Assembly (NCBI GenBank): GCA_044228445.1
Contig: JBGAUV010000001.1
Span: forward strand, 143,827 to 207,826
Direction: 5' to 3'
From: Minisyncoccia bacterium
Lineage (GTDB): Bacteria > Patescibacteriota > Minisyncoccia > Phycocordibacterales > PALSA-1337
DNA length: 64,000 bases
Part shown: one piece after another, positions 36,153-46,118 of the stretch
Position numbering within the stretch: the stretch's first letter is position 1
Layout: each line of letters starts with the position of its first letter
Position numbers and translations under genes: made by a program
Notes under the pieces: generated by a model
Seen by the model: only the letters and a program-made list of their open reading frames with translations
Databases searched by the model: none
Told to the model about the DNA's origin: nothing

Positions 36153-38411
36153 ATGACTACACAAATTTTAAAAGTTAAAGGAATGCATTGTGCTAGTTGT
36201 GCTTCAATCATTACCAAGAAGCTCAGTGCAATGCCTCATGTTAAATCGGTCTCGGTAAATTATGGAAATGAAAAAGCTAAGATCGATTATGATGACGCTC
36301 ACATATCGATTGACTCAATGAATGATGAGATAAGTAAGCTCGGATACTCTTTTGTCTCGGAAAATAATCAGGCTAATAGTGGACATGATCATGCTCTCAT
36401 GAAAGCAGATGAACTGGATGAACTTAGAAATAAGACTTCATTTATTATCCCAGTCACAATCACAGTGTTTGCTCTTATGATGTGGGACATTCTTGCACGA
36501 ACAACTGCATGGATGCCAAGTTTGCCAATTCCGATGGCGCTTTTTAATACCATTTCAATGGTTATGGCAACCGTAGCTTTATTTTGGGTTGGCAAACCGT
36601 ATTTGCTTGGCGTAACAAGATTCATAAGACATCGTGTTGCGAACATGGACACCCTCATTGGCCTCGGTACGCTTGTTGCTTATACCTACAGTATCCTTAT
36701 AACACTTTTGCCATCCTTGGGGACTTTATTGCGCGTACCTGAGTATACCTATTTTGACGTAACAATTGTTGTCATCGGTTTTATAACATTAGGCAAATAT
36801 CTAGAAGCACGATCGAAGAAGAAAACTGGAGATGCTATTGAAAAATTACTGAATCTTCAAGCAAAAACAGCCTTAGTTATTCGTAATGGCAAAGAGGTGG
36901 AAGTAAAAATTGATGAAGTTGTTCACGGTGACAGAATTATTATAAAGCCGGGTAGTAAAATCCCGGTTGATGGACTAGTCCTCGAGGGTAGTTCATTTGT
37001 TGATGAATCAATGGTCACTGGTGAACCGATTGCCGTTGAAAAAAAGATTGGTGATAGTGTTGTTGCTGGAACGATTAATACTAGCGGCTCATTTATATTC
37101 GAAGCTAAAAAGGTTGGTAAAGAAACTCTGTTGTCTCAAATTATAAAAATGGTTGAAGATGCACAAGGCAGCAAAGCGCCTATTGAGGCTCTTGCAGATA
37201 AGATATCGGGCATATTTGTTCCTATTGTGCTCATTATTGCTCTCGTTTCTCTCATTGTCTGGCTTGCAGTCGGATCTCAATTCATCGGTTTTTCTCAATC
37301 TGTGTCTCTGGGTATTTTGTCTTTTGTAAGCGTCCTCGTCATTGCTTGTCCTTGTGCTCTTGGTCTTGCAACTCCTACCGCCATTATTGTTGGTGTTGGT
37401 AAAGGCGCTCGAAATGGAATTCTTATCAAAGATGCAGCGTCACTTGAACACTTACATAAGGTAGATACCGTTGTGGTGGACAAAACAGGCACTATTACGC
37501 TAGGCAAGCCAACAGTTGTTGATATTCATAATGAATCCAAATTGAGTAATGATGATTTCATCCGCATTATTGCGTCGCTCGAAAGTAAATCTGAGCACCC
37601 GATTGCACATGCAGTTACTCAATATGCTCATGACAAAAATATAACTTTAGCGAAAGCATTAAGCTTTTCAATTATTCAAGGTAAGGGTCTGAAAGGTGTT
37701 GTGGATGGTACAGAGTATTTTATTGGAAATGCTCAATTGATGAGTGAACTTAAAATTTCTTTCAATCAAAACCAGTTAGACCAGTATACCTCTCAAGGGA
37801 AGACACCCGTTCTTATAAGTACCAAAGACAACTTTCTTGGATTTGTTATGGTCGCAGATGAAGTGAAGAAAGAATCAAAAGACGCAGTGGCGAGTTTGCA
37901 CAAGCTCGGAATAAAAGTAGTTATGCTTACAGGTGACGAAGAGAAAACTGCAAAATACATAGCCTCGCAAGTTGGTATAGACGAAGTGATTGCTCATGTT
38001 TTGCCACAAGACAAAATGGACAAAATTAAGGCGTTACAAGCACAAGGTAAAATCGTGGCCATGGCTGGTGATGGTGTGAATGATGCACCAGCGCTCGCAC
38101 AAGCCAATGTTGGTATTGCTATGGGTACTGGAACTGATGTGGCGATAGAATCAGCAGGCATAACGCTTCTTCATGGTGATATCTCAAAACTGGTAAAGGC
38201 TATTAAACTCTCAAAGATAACTATGCGAGGGATTAAACAAAATCTTTTCTGGGCCTTTATCTACAATATTATTGGCATTCCACTTGCCGCCGGTTTGTTT
38301 TACCCACTCTTCGGTTGGTTGCTAAACCCAATATTCGCAGGCTTTGCCATGGCTATGTCGTCGGTATCGGTTGTATCAAATTCACTTCGTATTAAGGCTA
38401 AAAAATTATAA
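36153..38411 (+). CDS. copA: Copper-translocating P1B-type ATPase
   Basis: N-terminal [11 protein letters not shown]; CPC motif ACPCALG; DKTGTIT; [10 protein letters not shown]. Confidence 0.95.
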   Translation: MTTQILKVKGMHCASCASIITKKLSAMPHVKSVSVNYGNEKAKIDYDDAHISIDSMNDEISKLGYSFVSENNQANSGHDHALMKADELDELRNKTSFIIPVTITVFALMMWDILARTTAWMPSLPIPMALFNTISMVMATVALFWVGKPYLLGVTRFIRHRVANMDTLIGLGTLVAYTYSILITLLPSLGTLLRVPEYTYFDVTIVVIGFITLGKYLEARSKKKTGDAIEKLLNLQAKTALVIRNGKEVEVKIDEVVHGDRIIIKPGSKIPVDGLVLEGSSFVDESMVTGEPIAVEKKIGDSVVAGTINTSGSFIFEAKKVGKETLLSQIIKMVEDAQGSKAPIEALADKISGIFVPIVLIIALVSLIVWLAVGSQFIGFSQSVSLGILSFVSVLVIACPCALGLATPTAIIVGVGKGARNGILIKDAASLEHLHKVDTVVVDKTGTITLGKPTVVDIHNESKLSNDDFIRIIASLESKSEHPIAHAVTQYAHDKNITLAKALSFSIIQGKGLKGVVDGTEYFIGNAQLMSELKISFNQNQLDQYTSQGKTPVLISTKDNFLGFVMVADEVKKESKDAVASLHKLGIKVVMLTGDEEKTAKYIASQVGIDEVIAHVLPQDKMDKIKALQAQGKIVAMAGDGVNDAPALAQANVGIAMGTGTDVAIESAGITLLHGDISKLVKAIKLSKITMRGIKQNLFWAFIYNIIGIPLAAGLFYPLFGWLLNPIFAGFAMAMSSVSVVSNSLRIKAKKL

Positions 38412-38416
38412 TTACT

Positions 38417-39448
38417 ATGAACATACAAACACAAAAATACACCTTCCACGTTCACGGCATGCACTGCAATGCATGTGTGCTTATGATAGAGAGCGAGCTT
38501 GGCGATCTGCCAAATATCACTCATGTTAAGTCGAGTCTCAACAATCATTCGGTAGAAGTTATTGGTGATTTTGGAAATAAAACACCAGAACAGATCGCTA
38601 CAGAACTTACGATACCACTCAAATCACACGGATATACTGTATCAGTTGAAAAACAAGTTCATGACAAGAAATGGTCAGACTTTAAGATTGCGATACCCAT
38701 AGCTCTGGGTTTTGCCGTACTCTTTGTTATGTTGCAGAAAATGGGAATCGTAAATCTTGTCAGTGCGGGAAACGTAACTTATGGCACAGCATTTGTAATT
38801 GGTGTTATTGCATCACTTTCGACATGTATGGCGGTTGTTGGTGGTTTAGTTCTCTCAATGTCAGCTACATTTGCTAAAGAGGGAGATAAGGTAAGACCTC
38901 AGCTCATGTTCCATATTGGGAGAATAGTTTCTTTTTTCATTCTCGGTGGTGTTATTGGCGCAATTGGATCAGCATTTACATTAAACACTTCCGCAACATT
39001 TATACTGGGTCTAATTATTGGAATAGTTATGCTTATTCTCGGTATTAATCTTCTTGATACATTCCATTGGGCTAAAAAACTTCAGCCTTCGATGCCAAAG
39101 TTTATTGCAAAACATGCCCACGGTGTTTCAAGATTCAATCATACACTTACTCCGCTTCTTGTCGGTATCGCAACATTCTTCTTGCCATGCGGATTCACTC
39201 AATCAATGCAACTTTATACACTCACAACAGGAAGTTTCCTGCAGGGCGGGCTCACCATGCTTGCATTTGCGCTCGGCACATTACCGGTCCTAGCTCTTAT
39301 TAGCTTCAGTTCATTCAGTATTCAGAAAAGCTCAAAGGCTGGAATCTTCTTCAAAACCGCTGGATTGATAGTCATTATGTTCGCAATATTCAATCTCATT
39401 AATAGCTTGGTGGTGATCGGAATCTTACCTCCAATATTTAATTTTTAG
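38417..39448 (+). CDS. HMA-domain fused to DsbD/CcdA-like thiol-disulfide transporter membrane domain
   Basis: N-terminal HVHGMHCNACV (HMA); membrane domain with FLPCGF and second Cys-containing helix typical of the DsbD_2/CcdA family. Confidence 0.6.
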   Translation: MNIQTQKYTFHVHGMHCNACVLMIESELGDLPNITHVKSSLNNHSVEVIGDFGNKTPEQIATELTIPLKSHGYTVSVEKQVHDKKWSDFKIAIPIALGFAVLFVMLQKMGIVNLVSAGNVTYGTAFVIGVIASLSTCMAVVGGLVLSMSATFAKEGDKVRPQLMFHIGRIVSFFILGGVIGAIGSAFTLNTSATFILGLIIGIVMLILGINLLDTFHWAKKLQPSMPKFIAKHAHGVSRFNHTLTPLLVGIATFFLPCGFTQSMQLYTLTTGSFLQGGLTMLAFALGTLPVLALISFSSFSIQKSSKAGIFFKTAGLIVIMFAIFNLINSLVVIGILPPIFNF

Positions 39449-39461
39449 TATAATCATATTT

Positions 39462-39851
39462 ATGAAAGCAACCGTAATATCAATAATAATTGCAATCGTT
39501 CTCATCGGCGGGGCTTTCATGCTCGCAAATAACAGTGGTGGTACAAATTCTACAGCGAATGCCAACAATGTCAGCATTGTAGATGGTAAACAAATAATCG
39601 AGATTACCGCGCGTGGTGGTTATCAGCCGAGAAATAGTGTAGCCAAAGCGGGCGTACCAACAATAATAAGATTCGAAACCAGTGGAACATTTGATTGTTC
39701 ATCGTCCATTAGGATTCCAAGTTTGAACATCTTCAAATCTCTTCCTCAAACAGGATCTACAGATATTGATGTCGGAACTCAATCAGTTGGTAAACTTGTG
39801 GGTTCCTGCGGAATGGGAATGTATCCTTTTTCAGTTGAATTCAAGAGCTAG
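39462..39851 (+). CDS. Secreted small beta-rich protein with C-terminal Cys/Met cluster (putative copper-binding, cupredoxin-like)
   Basis: N-terminal TM/signal; ...FDCSSS...GSCGMGMYPF; assignment by context in the cop cassette. Confidence 0.3.
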   Translation: MKATVISIIIAIVLIGGAFMLANNSGGTNSTANANNVSIVDGKQIIEITARGGYQPRNSVAKAGVPTIIRFETSGTFDCSSSIRIPSLNIFKSLPQTGSTDIDVGTQSVGKLVGSCGMGMYPFSVEFKS

Positions 39852-39862
39852 ACTTCTTCGAA

Positions 39863-40222
39863 ATGTTCCGGTATGTTCGTCGTGCGATGAAAACATTTGT
39901 AAAAGCGCAAGCGAAAGACGTGAATGGTACGAGCTTCGTTGGATATCTCCAAGCTGATTACGAGCATATGTTCGCGCTTTTCAGCTTTCCTAATGATCGG
40001 ACCCGAGATGATGAGTGGAGATCATCAGACCAAAAGACTCGCTTTGAGTGGGCGTTCAAGATCAAGGGAAAGAAACCAACGGTAGTCACAATTTATGACT
40101 ATAAGGATAATCGGTCGATCGAAGATATTGATATGTGGCATGTGGGCTTAAAGGGGGACCAAGAGAAACTCGAAGTATTTTTCAGAGAACAGCACTTGTT
40201 TGTGATGACCAATCAAAAGTGA
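39863..40222 (+). CDS. Hypothetical protein
   Basis: ORF, GC higher than neighbours; followed by an 18-bp inverted repeat. Confidence 0.3.
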   Translation: MFRYVRRAMKTFVKAQAKDVNGTSFVGYLQADYEHMFALFSFPNDRTRDDEWRSSDQKTRFEWAFKIKGKKPTVVTIYDYKDNRSIEDIDMWHVGLKGDQEKLEVFFREQHLFVMTNQK

Positions 40223-40226
40223 ACTG

Positions 40227-40264
40227 GATGTTAGGTTTAACCTAACATCCAGTCACAATTTAGA
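40227..40264. repeat. Near-perfect inverted repeat (14-18 bp arms)
   Basis: gtgaaCTGGATGTTAGGTTtAACCTAACATCCAGtcac; no T-run after it. Confidence 0.6.
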
Positions 40265-40492
40265 AAAATAGGAACTTTTAATTTGAAATCGATGTATTAA
40301 AGGTTGAGAGCTTAACTTTTAATAAAGATTAGTGAATGGGACCTATTTTGAGGGTGCTTTTCACTGAATATTAGCAAAAAGTGGTGAAAACTTTCGGTTG
40401 CTGGACTTGTTCGTATATTCTTGGCATGTTCATACACATATTGGTTTTAAAGCGTTTCAAGGGCCTTTAGTTAAGTTAATAAAAATGATAAA

Positions 40493-41458
40493 ATGAGCCC
40501 AATGACTACACAGCAAGCAATAAAAGAAATACAGAATAAATTTGATGTGAATGCTATTTTTGCATACAGGGTTTATTCTCTTGCTGATAAGAAGAATTTA
40601 TTTGAAGATGTAGCTAAAATTATTGCTGAAAAACCAAAACCTTTTGTGAAGTGGGTTGGCGGTAAGAGACAACTTCTTGCGCAGTTTCGAAAATTAAACT
40701 TATACCCACCCGAGTTATTCGATATAAAGACTGGTAGATATTTTGAACCATTTGTAGGTGGCGGTGCTGTATTTTTTGATTTACTTCCTGAGAAAGGATT
40801 CCTATCTGATTTAAATAAGGAACTCGTTACTACATACAATGTAATTAAAAATGATGTTGAGGGTTTAATTGCATCACTTAAGAAACATAAGACTGATAAG
40901 GAATATTTTTTGAAGGTCCGAGCACAAGATCCAAATAAACTTAGTGACCTAGCTGTTGCATCACGTTTTATATTCCTGAATAGAACCTGTTTCAATGGAA
41001 TGTATCGAGTAAACAGTAAAGGTGGATTCAATGTGCCGTATGGTAAATACACTAATCCTTTGATTTGTGATGAAAGTAATCTCAAGAAAGTTAATAAAGC
41101 ACTTCAAGATATTGAAATAAAACATCAAGATTACAAAGAGGTTTTGAAGAAGGCTAAAAAGGGAGATTTTATATATTTTGACCCACCCTACTATCCAGTA
41201 AGTAAGACTGCATCATTCACATCGTACACAGCAGAATCATTCCTTGATAAAGAACAAATAGAACTTAGAGATACGGTCCTCGAATTACATAAGCGAGGAT
41301 GCTATGTGATGCTATCAAACTCAGACACGCCATTCATAAATAAGATTTATTCAGGTTTCAAAGGAATACGAATTAACAAAGTTGAGGCTGGCCGAGCCAT
41401 TAACTCAAAAGGATCAGGTAGAGGTAAAATCACCGAGGTTCTTGTAACAAATTACTAA
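40493..41458 (+). CDS. Dam-family N6-adenine DNA methyltransferase (DpnM-like, GATC)
   Basis: VKWVGGKRQLL; FEPFVGGGAVFFDL (motif I); IYFDPPYY (DPPY motif IV). Confidence 0.9.
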   Translation: MSPMTTQQAIKEIQNKFDVNAIFAYRVYSLADKKNLFEDVAKIIAEKPKPFVKWVGGKRQLLAQFRKLNLYPPELFDIKTGRYFEPFVGGGAVFFDLLPEKGFLSDLNKELVTTYNVIKNDVEGLIASLKKHKTDKEYFLKVRAQDPNKLSDLAVASRFIFLNRTCFNGMYRVNSKGGFNVPYGKYTNPLICDESNLKKVNKALQDIEIKHQDYKEVLKKAKKGDFIYFDPPYYPVSKTASFTSYTAESFLDKEQIELRDTVLELHKRGCYVMLSNSDTPFINKIYSGFKGIRINKVEAGRAINSKGSGRGKITEVLVTNY

Positions 41459-41460
41459 AT

Positions 41461-42318
41461 ATGAAAAAAGACTTTAATAATTTAATATCAACATTCAAAA
41501 GCTCAATTAAGACTTGGGATTATTTCGTTAATTGGAATAAAGTATTTTCAAATAGTTCAGAATTAGAAATTGCTTTAAATAAGCTTAACTACCTACTCGG
41601 TAAAGAAAACCTAAAAGAGGAATTTAATAAGTTATACAGCTCAAATCCTGATATTGTGAAAGCTTTACCTGTTTTATTAGCGGTCCGAGAAAATAAACTT
41701 GAAGTATTTGATAAGGCTACTAAGAACTCTGAATTCTTTGATTTTTCGGGTAAGGAAAAAGATTCTGATAAATATTTTGAATTTCTAAGTAAATCAGGTC
41801 TTGCAAAATTATTCCAAAAGGATGGAATTAAAAATCTTGTTGATTATGTTATGGGAGTAGAAGTTGGTCTTGATAGTAATGGACGAAAGAATCGAGGTGG
41901 TACTTTGATGGAAGAAATAACGGGTACATTCCTCAATGATTTCTGTAAAAAGAATGGGTTTGAATGTTTATCTCAAGCACGTTCAAGTGCTATAAAAGCT
42001 AAGTGGGGTTTTGATGTAAGGATAGATAAATCTGAGAGAAGTTTTGATTTTGCTATCTATAATGCAAAGAATAAAAAGCTGAAATTGTTTGAGGCTAATT
42101 TTTATAATGGTGGCGGTTCAAAGTTAAAAGCTGTCTGTGGTGAATTCAAAAGCCTTCATGATGAGCTTAAGTCCCAAGGGATAGATTTTATATGGGTAAC
42201 TGATGGACTAGGTTGGAATACAGCCAAAAGACCACTTGAAGAAACATACAATCACAATGAGTACGTATTTAATCTTAATATGCTCGAATCGGGCGTTCTA
42301 AACGAACTAAAATGGTAA
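41461..42318 (+). CDS. Type II restriction endonuclease, DpnII/MboI family (GATC)
   Basis: NLVDYVMGVEVGLDSNGRKNRGGT...FDFAIYN...FEANFYNGGGSKL...IWVTDGLGW closely tracks the DpnII family. Confidence 0.85.
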   Translation: MKKDFNNLISTFKSSIKTWDYFVNWNKVFSNSSELEIALNKLNYLLGKENLKEEFNKLYSSNPDIVKALPVLLAVRENKLEVFDKATKNSEFFDFSGKEKDSDKYFEFLSKSGLAKLFQKDGIKNLVDYVMGVEVGLDSNGRKNRGGTLMEEITGTFLNDFCKKNGFECLSQARSSAIKAKWGFDVRIDKSERSFDFAIYNAKNKKLKLFEANFYNGGGSKLKAVCGEFKSLHDELKSQGIDFIWVTDGLGWNTAKRPLEETYNHNEYVFNLNMLESGVLNELKW

Positions 42319-42324
42319 CCACCC

Positions 42325-43089
42325 ATGGCAATAAAGAAAGCTACAGAATTAAAACTGCATCCGGAAGAATTCGAACTAGAATGTACAACGGTCTGGGCTT
42401 TTCCTCGTCGTGGTAATTGGGCAACTCACACATCAGATTGGCGTGGTAACTGGTCCCCGGAAGTAGCTCGAAACCTCATTCTTCGATACTCAAAAGAAGG
42501 TGATGTTTTACTTGATTCAATGATTGGTGGTGGTACTACTGCTATTGAGGCAAAGATTTTAAATAGAAATATTATTTATTCTGATGTAAATCAGGTGGCG
42601 CTTGATCGCACAAAGAAAGCTCTCAATTTTAAAGTTGATAATAAGGCATGGCAAAGAGGTTTTAAATGGGATTCACGTAATCTATCCAAAATAAAAGATG
42701 AGACTATAGACTTTGTACTCACTCATCCACCATACGTAGATATTATTAAATACAGTGAAGGAAAATTAGTTGATGATCTGTCTAACATAAGTGATATAGA
42801 TGCTTTCTGTGATGAGATGGAAAAAGTAGCAAAAGAGTTTTATAGGGTCCTAAAACCTGGTAAGTTCTGTGCAATTCTCATAGGAGATACTAGACGAAAG
42901 AAAATGTACCAACCGCTCGCCTACAGGGTAATGGACAGATTTCTTAAAGCAGGACTACTTCTCAAGGAAGATATCATTAAGCGACAATTCAATTGTAAGG
43001 CTACTGGATTCTGGGTGACCAAGTCTAAAGAGGCTAACTTCCTACTTATAATGCATGAGCATCTTTTTGTGTTTCAGAAGACAAAGTAA
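42325..43089 (+). CDS. Second N6-adenine DNA methyltransferase of the DpnII-type system (DpnA-like)
   Basis: DSMIGGGTTAIEA (SAM-binding) and LTHPPYVDII (motif IV). Confidence 0.7.
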   Translation: MAIKKATELKLHPEEFELECTTVWAFPRRGNWATHTSDWRGNWSPEVARNLILRYSKEGDVLLDSMIGGGTTAIEAKILNRNIIYSDVNQVALDRTKKALNFKVDNKAWQRGFKWDSRNLSKIKDETIDFVLTHPPYVDIIKYSEGKLVDDLSNISDIDAFCDEMEKVAKEFYRVLKPGKFCAILIGDTRRKKMYQPLAYRVMDRFLKAGLLLKEDIIKRQFNCKATGFWVTKSKEANFLLIMHEHLFVFQKTK

Positions 43090-43116
43090 CCTAAAAATAT
43101 CCACCAAGAATTTTAG

Positions 43117-43779
43117 TTGAATGATGTTATTCGTGCTAAAATATGTAGAGTCATTTTTATGGAAACAAAAAATATTAAAAAAATTTATTCTACAAATGAT
43201 TTTTTAATAAGATCTGTTTTGCGCGGTATTTTAGAAAAAAAACGAGAGCAATATAGAAAACAAGGTCATAAGGCAGAAATTTTTGATGAGCTTGGTGTAC
43301 AACATGGGGCAAATAGAGTTGACTACGCTATTGTGAATGGAATCATGTGTGGCTTCGAAATAAAAAGTGATCGCGACACGTTGGACCGTCTACCAGAACA
43401 GGTAAAAGAATTTAGTGAAGTATTTGATGAGTTAACTCTTGTTGTTGGAAAAAAACATCTCTATCACGCAATTCATCAGATACCAGATTGGTGGGGTGTT
43501 TGGCTTGCAAAGGAAGATGGGACTGGCTTAGTGGAGATTCAAGTTATCCGCGAGCCTCAGAAAAATAAGTACCAGGATATTAAATCCATCGCTAGATTGC
43601 TTTGGAAAGAAGAAGCTCTGAGAATTTTAGAAGAACGCAACGAAGCAAAGGGTTTAAGAAATAAATCTAGGGAAATTATCTATACAAGGATTAAAGATGT
43701 CTTTGCTTCAGAATTGGATACTTTCAAAGCAAGAGTAAGTCTTACTTTGACTTCGAGAGAAGGTTGGAGAGTTGATTAA
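43117..43779 (+). CDS. PD-(D/E)xK nuclease-fold protein (sce7726-like)
   Basis: RVDYAIVNG...GFEIKSDRD gives a D...E.K catalytic signature. Confidence 0.45.
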   Translation: MNDVIRAKICRVIFMETKNIKKIYSTNDFLIRSVLRGILEKKREQYRKQGHKAEIFDELGVQHGANRVDYAIVNGIMCGFEIKSDRDTLDRLPEQVKEFSEVFDELTLVVGKKHLYHAIHQIPDWWGVWLAKEDGTGLVEIQVIREPQKNKYQDIKSIARLLWKEEALRILEERNEAKGLRNKSREIIYTRIKDVFASELDTFKARVSLTLTSREGWRVD

Positions 43780-44857
43780 TCACCATTGTGATATGGTGAT
43801 TAATACCTGCTGTTAGCCATGTTTGAGGGCTACCAGTGGTCTTTGCATTCACGTCAGCTTTTTCATGTATATATTCATCTCCAAAACTGAAATCTTTTCC
43901 TTTGAAAAAATTCTGTCCAGCAAGAAGTTGTGCTTGTGCGGGGTACTGTTTATATCCTGCACCTTTTTTATTTTTCAGTCCTTCTCCTCTTAATACTTCC
44001 CAAGTATCTTCATTCGTATAGCGAATGCTAGCGCTCGTGTTAACCCCGACCATATGACCATAATAAATAGGGTGTTGAATCGTATAGTCAGAAAATATAG
44101 GCTTTCTAGTTATTGTTGGATTTCCAAGTATATCCTTCCAAACCTTCCAATCGTATCTTTCGATTTTGTAGTGCCCATGTTTTTCATAGTCGGATAAGTC
44201 TCTGGGAAATGAGCCTCCGGTTAGTATTACAGAACGCCATTTATCAAGATGAGGTATCAATGAAAGTTTGCTTGATACAGCTTGAGATGTCATTTGTTGA
44301 TCTACTATCTTTAAATCGATTAGAAGATCAATGTTGCTATGGTCCAAACCCTCATCTTTTATAAACTCATTTATCTTTGTCGCTGTTTCGTTGTTTAGGT
44401 GTGAATCATCAATGCGAATACACAGACCTCTATCATTAGACTTGGCAAATTTCATAGCGATTTTTTTAGTCTCAGCGTCTGCATCCGTACTTATGGCCGG
44501 AATGATATAAGTAACTGGAATGGAGAACAGATCGGACTGGTTTGCTGTAGTCAGTATCTGATCAAAAGCAGATGCACGTATATCACCATCCAAGAGGTGA
44601 ACATCAACAAAGAATGGTTCTTTGCCCCAGTGCTCAATAATGCCAGATGTTATTTCTGGTAGGTTTCTTAAAAACTTAGTCTTTGAGTCTTCAAGAATTT
44701 TTTTATAGTCAGTTTTATCAATCTTGGGTGGTGGCAAGATGAACTCAAACAATGGTGTAACGTTTGTACGGTCCTTACTGAACAAATGTTTGAGAGCTCG
44801 CGTCTCAGCTGGTCTCCATCGGATTATAGGCACGTAAGATTTTATTGGATTTTTCAT
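43742..44857 (-). CDS. Beta-protein-family (sce7725-like) protein
   Basis: N-terminus KSYVPIIRWRPAETRALKHL matches the Beta_protein family opening (YVPILK.K..E..AL); convergent with and overlapping the sce7726-like gene by 38 nt. Confidence 0.45.
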   Translation of the reverse strand: MKNPIKSYVPIIRWRPAETRALKHLFSKDRTNVTPLFEFILPPPKIDKTDYKKILEDSKTKFLRNLPEITSGIIEHWGKEPFFVDVHLLDGDIRASAFDQILTTANQSDLFSIPVTYIIPAISTDADAETKKIAMKFAKSNDRGLCIRIDDSHLNNETATKINEFIKDEGLDHSNIDLLIDLKIVDQQMTSQAVSSKLSLIPHLDKWRSVILTGGSFPRDLSDYEKHGHYKIERYDWKVWKDILGNPTITRKPIFSDYTIQHPIYYGHMVGVNTSASIRYTNEDTWEVLRGEGLKNKKGAGYKQYPAQAQLLAGQNFFKGKDFSFGDEYIHEKADVNAKTTGSPQTWLTAGINHHITMVINQLSNLLSKSK

Positions 44858-44878
44858 GTTGGGTAATTTTAATAGTAA

Positions 44879-46111
44879 TTATTTGCTAGCGAATATATCC
44901 GGGAAGAGCCATTGGACACGAGACTCAGCATTCGTAACTATTTTATTAAGGTAATAATAGTTTTGATGTTTGAAGCGAATGATTCCAGCGACTACGGATA
45001 TGTGTACACCTAACTCATTTGCAAGACTTTGTGCGGCCATAGCTGAAGGTATGACTTTTGCGGGACTGATTTCCCATTTTGCCTTCGGTAGAATAGCTTC
45101 CTCAGCAAGCTCGTCAGCTTCTTCTTCTGTATCTTTAGAACTAAACTCAACACCTTTTTTGTCTTGGAGTTTTTCATCAAAGAACGAATCAAAGTCGCCA
45201 CCATAGTGTTTGATTATGTGTGCCAATTCGTGAAGAAGGGTGAACCAGAAATTATCTAGTCGATCGTGTCTTAGAGTTAGTCCAATTATAGGATTTTCTT
45301 TTTCAGTTAATATTGCGGCACCATCGAGGTGTGTTTTAGGAAGATGGGGTTCAATAACAAGTTTGATACCTACGTCTGCTAACATTTTAATAGCTTTTCT
45401 CGGACCATCTGTGTCTACACTGAGCTTGATTAAAGCTCTCATAAAAGAAATATCTAATGAACCATGTTTATATTTAACAGGAACTTTCATTTTGTCGGCT
45501 TTCTGCACTACACGAATTTGCCAAGCAAGCAAAGCATCTTTATCGGTTAAGATTGCTGATCTGTAGCTTGTTTTTCTTAATAACGCAACAGGTTGAAGTC
45601 TTAATGATCCTAATGAAGTAAATAAGCCATCAAGCAAATCTGATTTTGTATTGTTCTTTAGTGTTTTCTTACCAAAATATCCTCGGTTTTCCATTAACTT
45701 AACAAGTCGAATATCCCAACGCTCATATTTTGAGTCTGGGTTAGCGTCAGTCTTTTGAATTAATACTTTTGCAGGTATACCGAGACCTGTTTCAAGGGCA
45801 CGTATCATCTCGAGAGATAATGGTCGTTTGCCTGAAAGTACTTCTGAGACTCTGCTACGACTACCGATGTAAGGTATTAGATCTGCTGGTTTGAGATCGG
45901 CTTGTTCCATTCGGAAATTGATAGCTTCAATGGGGGTGGGTAGTGATTGGGGGAGTGTCCTAGATTCATATTCTTGAATAAGAGTAGTAAGGAGTGTAAG
46001 TTGTTCACCTTCAACAGATTCTGGATTAGGATCAAGATTCATTAACTCCTCAACTGATTTGAGGGCGTCACGATAGTCTTGTTCGGTTTTTATTACTTTG
46101 ATGTTGTTCAT
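44879..46111 (-). CDS. HigA-like antitoxin: N-terminal HTH fused to DUF955/ImmA-like Zn-peptidase domain
   Basis: HELAHIIKH (HExxH) in the C-terminal half; immediately downstream of the HigB toxin gene. Confidence 0.65.
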   Translation of the reverse strand: MNNIKVIKTEQDYRDALKSVEELMNLDPNPESVEGEQLTLLTTLIQEYESRTLPQSLPTPIEAINFRMEQADLKPADLIPYIGSRSRVSEVLSGKRPLSLEMIRALETGLGIPAKVLIQKTDANPDSKYERWDIRLVKLMENRGYFGKKTLKNNTKSDLLDGLFTSLGSLRLQPVALLRKTSYRSAILTDKDALLAWQIRVVQKADKMKVPVKYKHGSLDISFMRALIKLSVDTDGPRKAIKMLADVGIKLVIEPHLPKTHLDGAAILTEKENPIIGLTLRHDRLDNFWFTLLHELAHIIKHYGGDFDSFFDEKLQDKKGVEFSSKDTEEEADELAEEAILPKAKWEISPAKVIPSAMAAQSLANELGVHISVVAGIIRFKHQNYYYLNKIVTNAESRVQWLFPDIFASK

Positions 46112-46118
46112 ATTTTTG

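Noticed and set aside
36389-37507. Small antisense ORFs inside copA (36389..36658, 37089..37298, 37295..37507) and similar intragenic ORFs elsewhere (1480..1981, 2233..2803, 3307..4113, 9051..9405, 10583..11235, 31587..32185, 32869..33283, 34191..34478, 34833..35060, 40573..41085, 44970..45566)
   Set aside because: Each is fully nested in or antisense to a well-supported gene and has no motif of its own.
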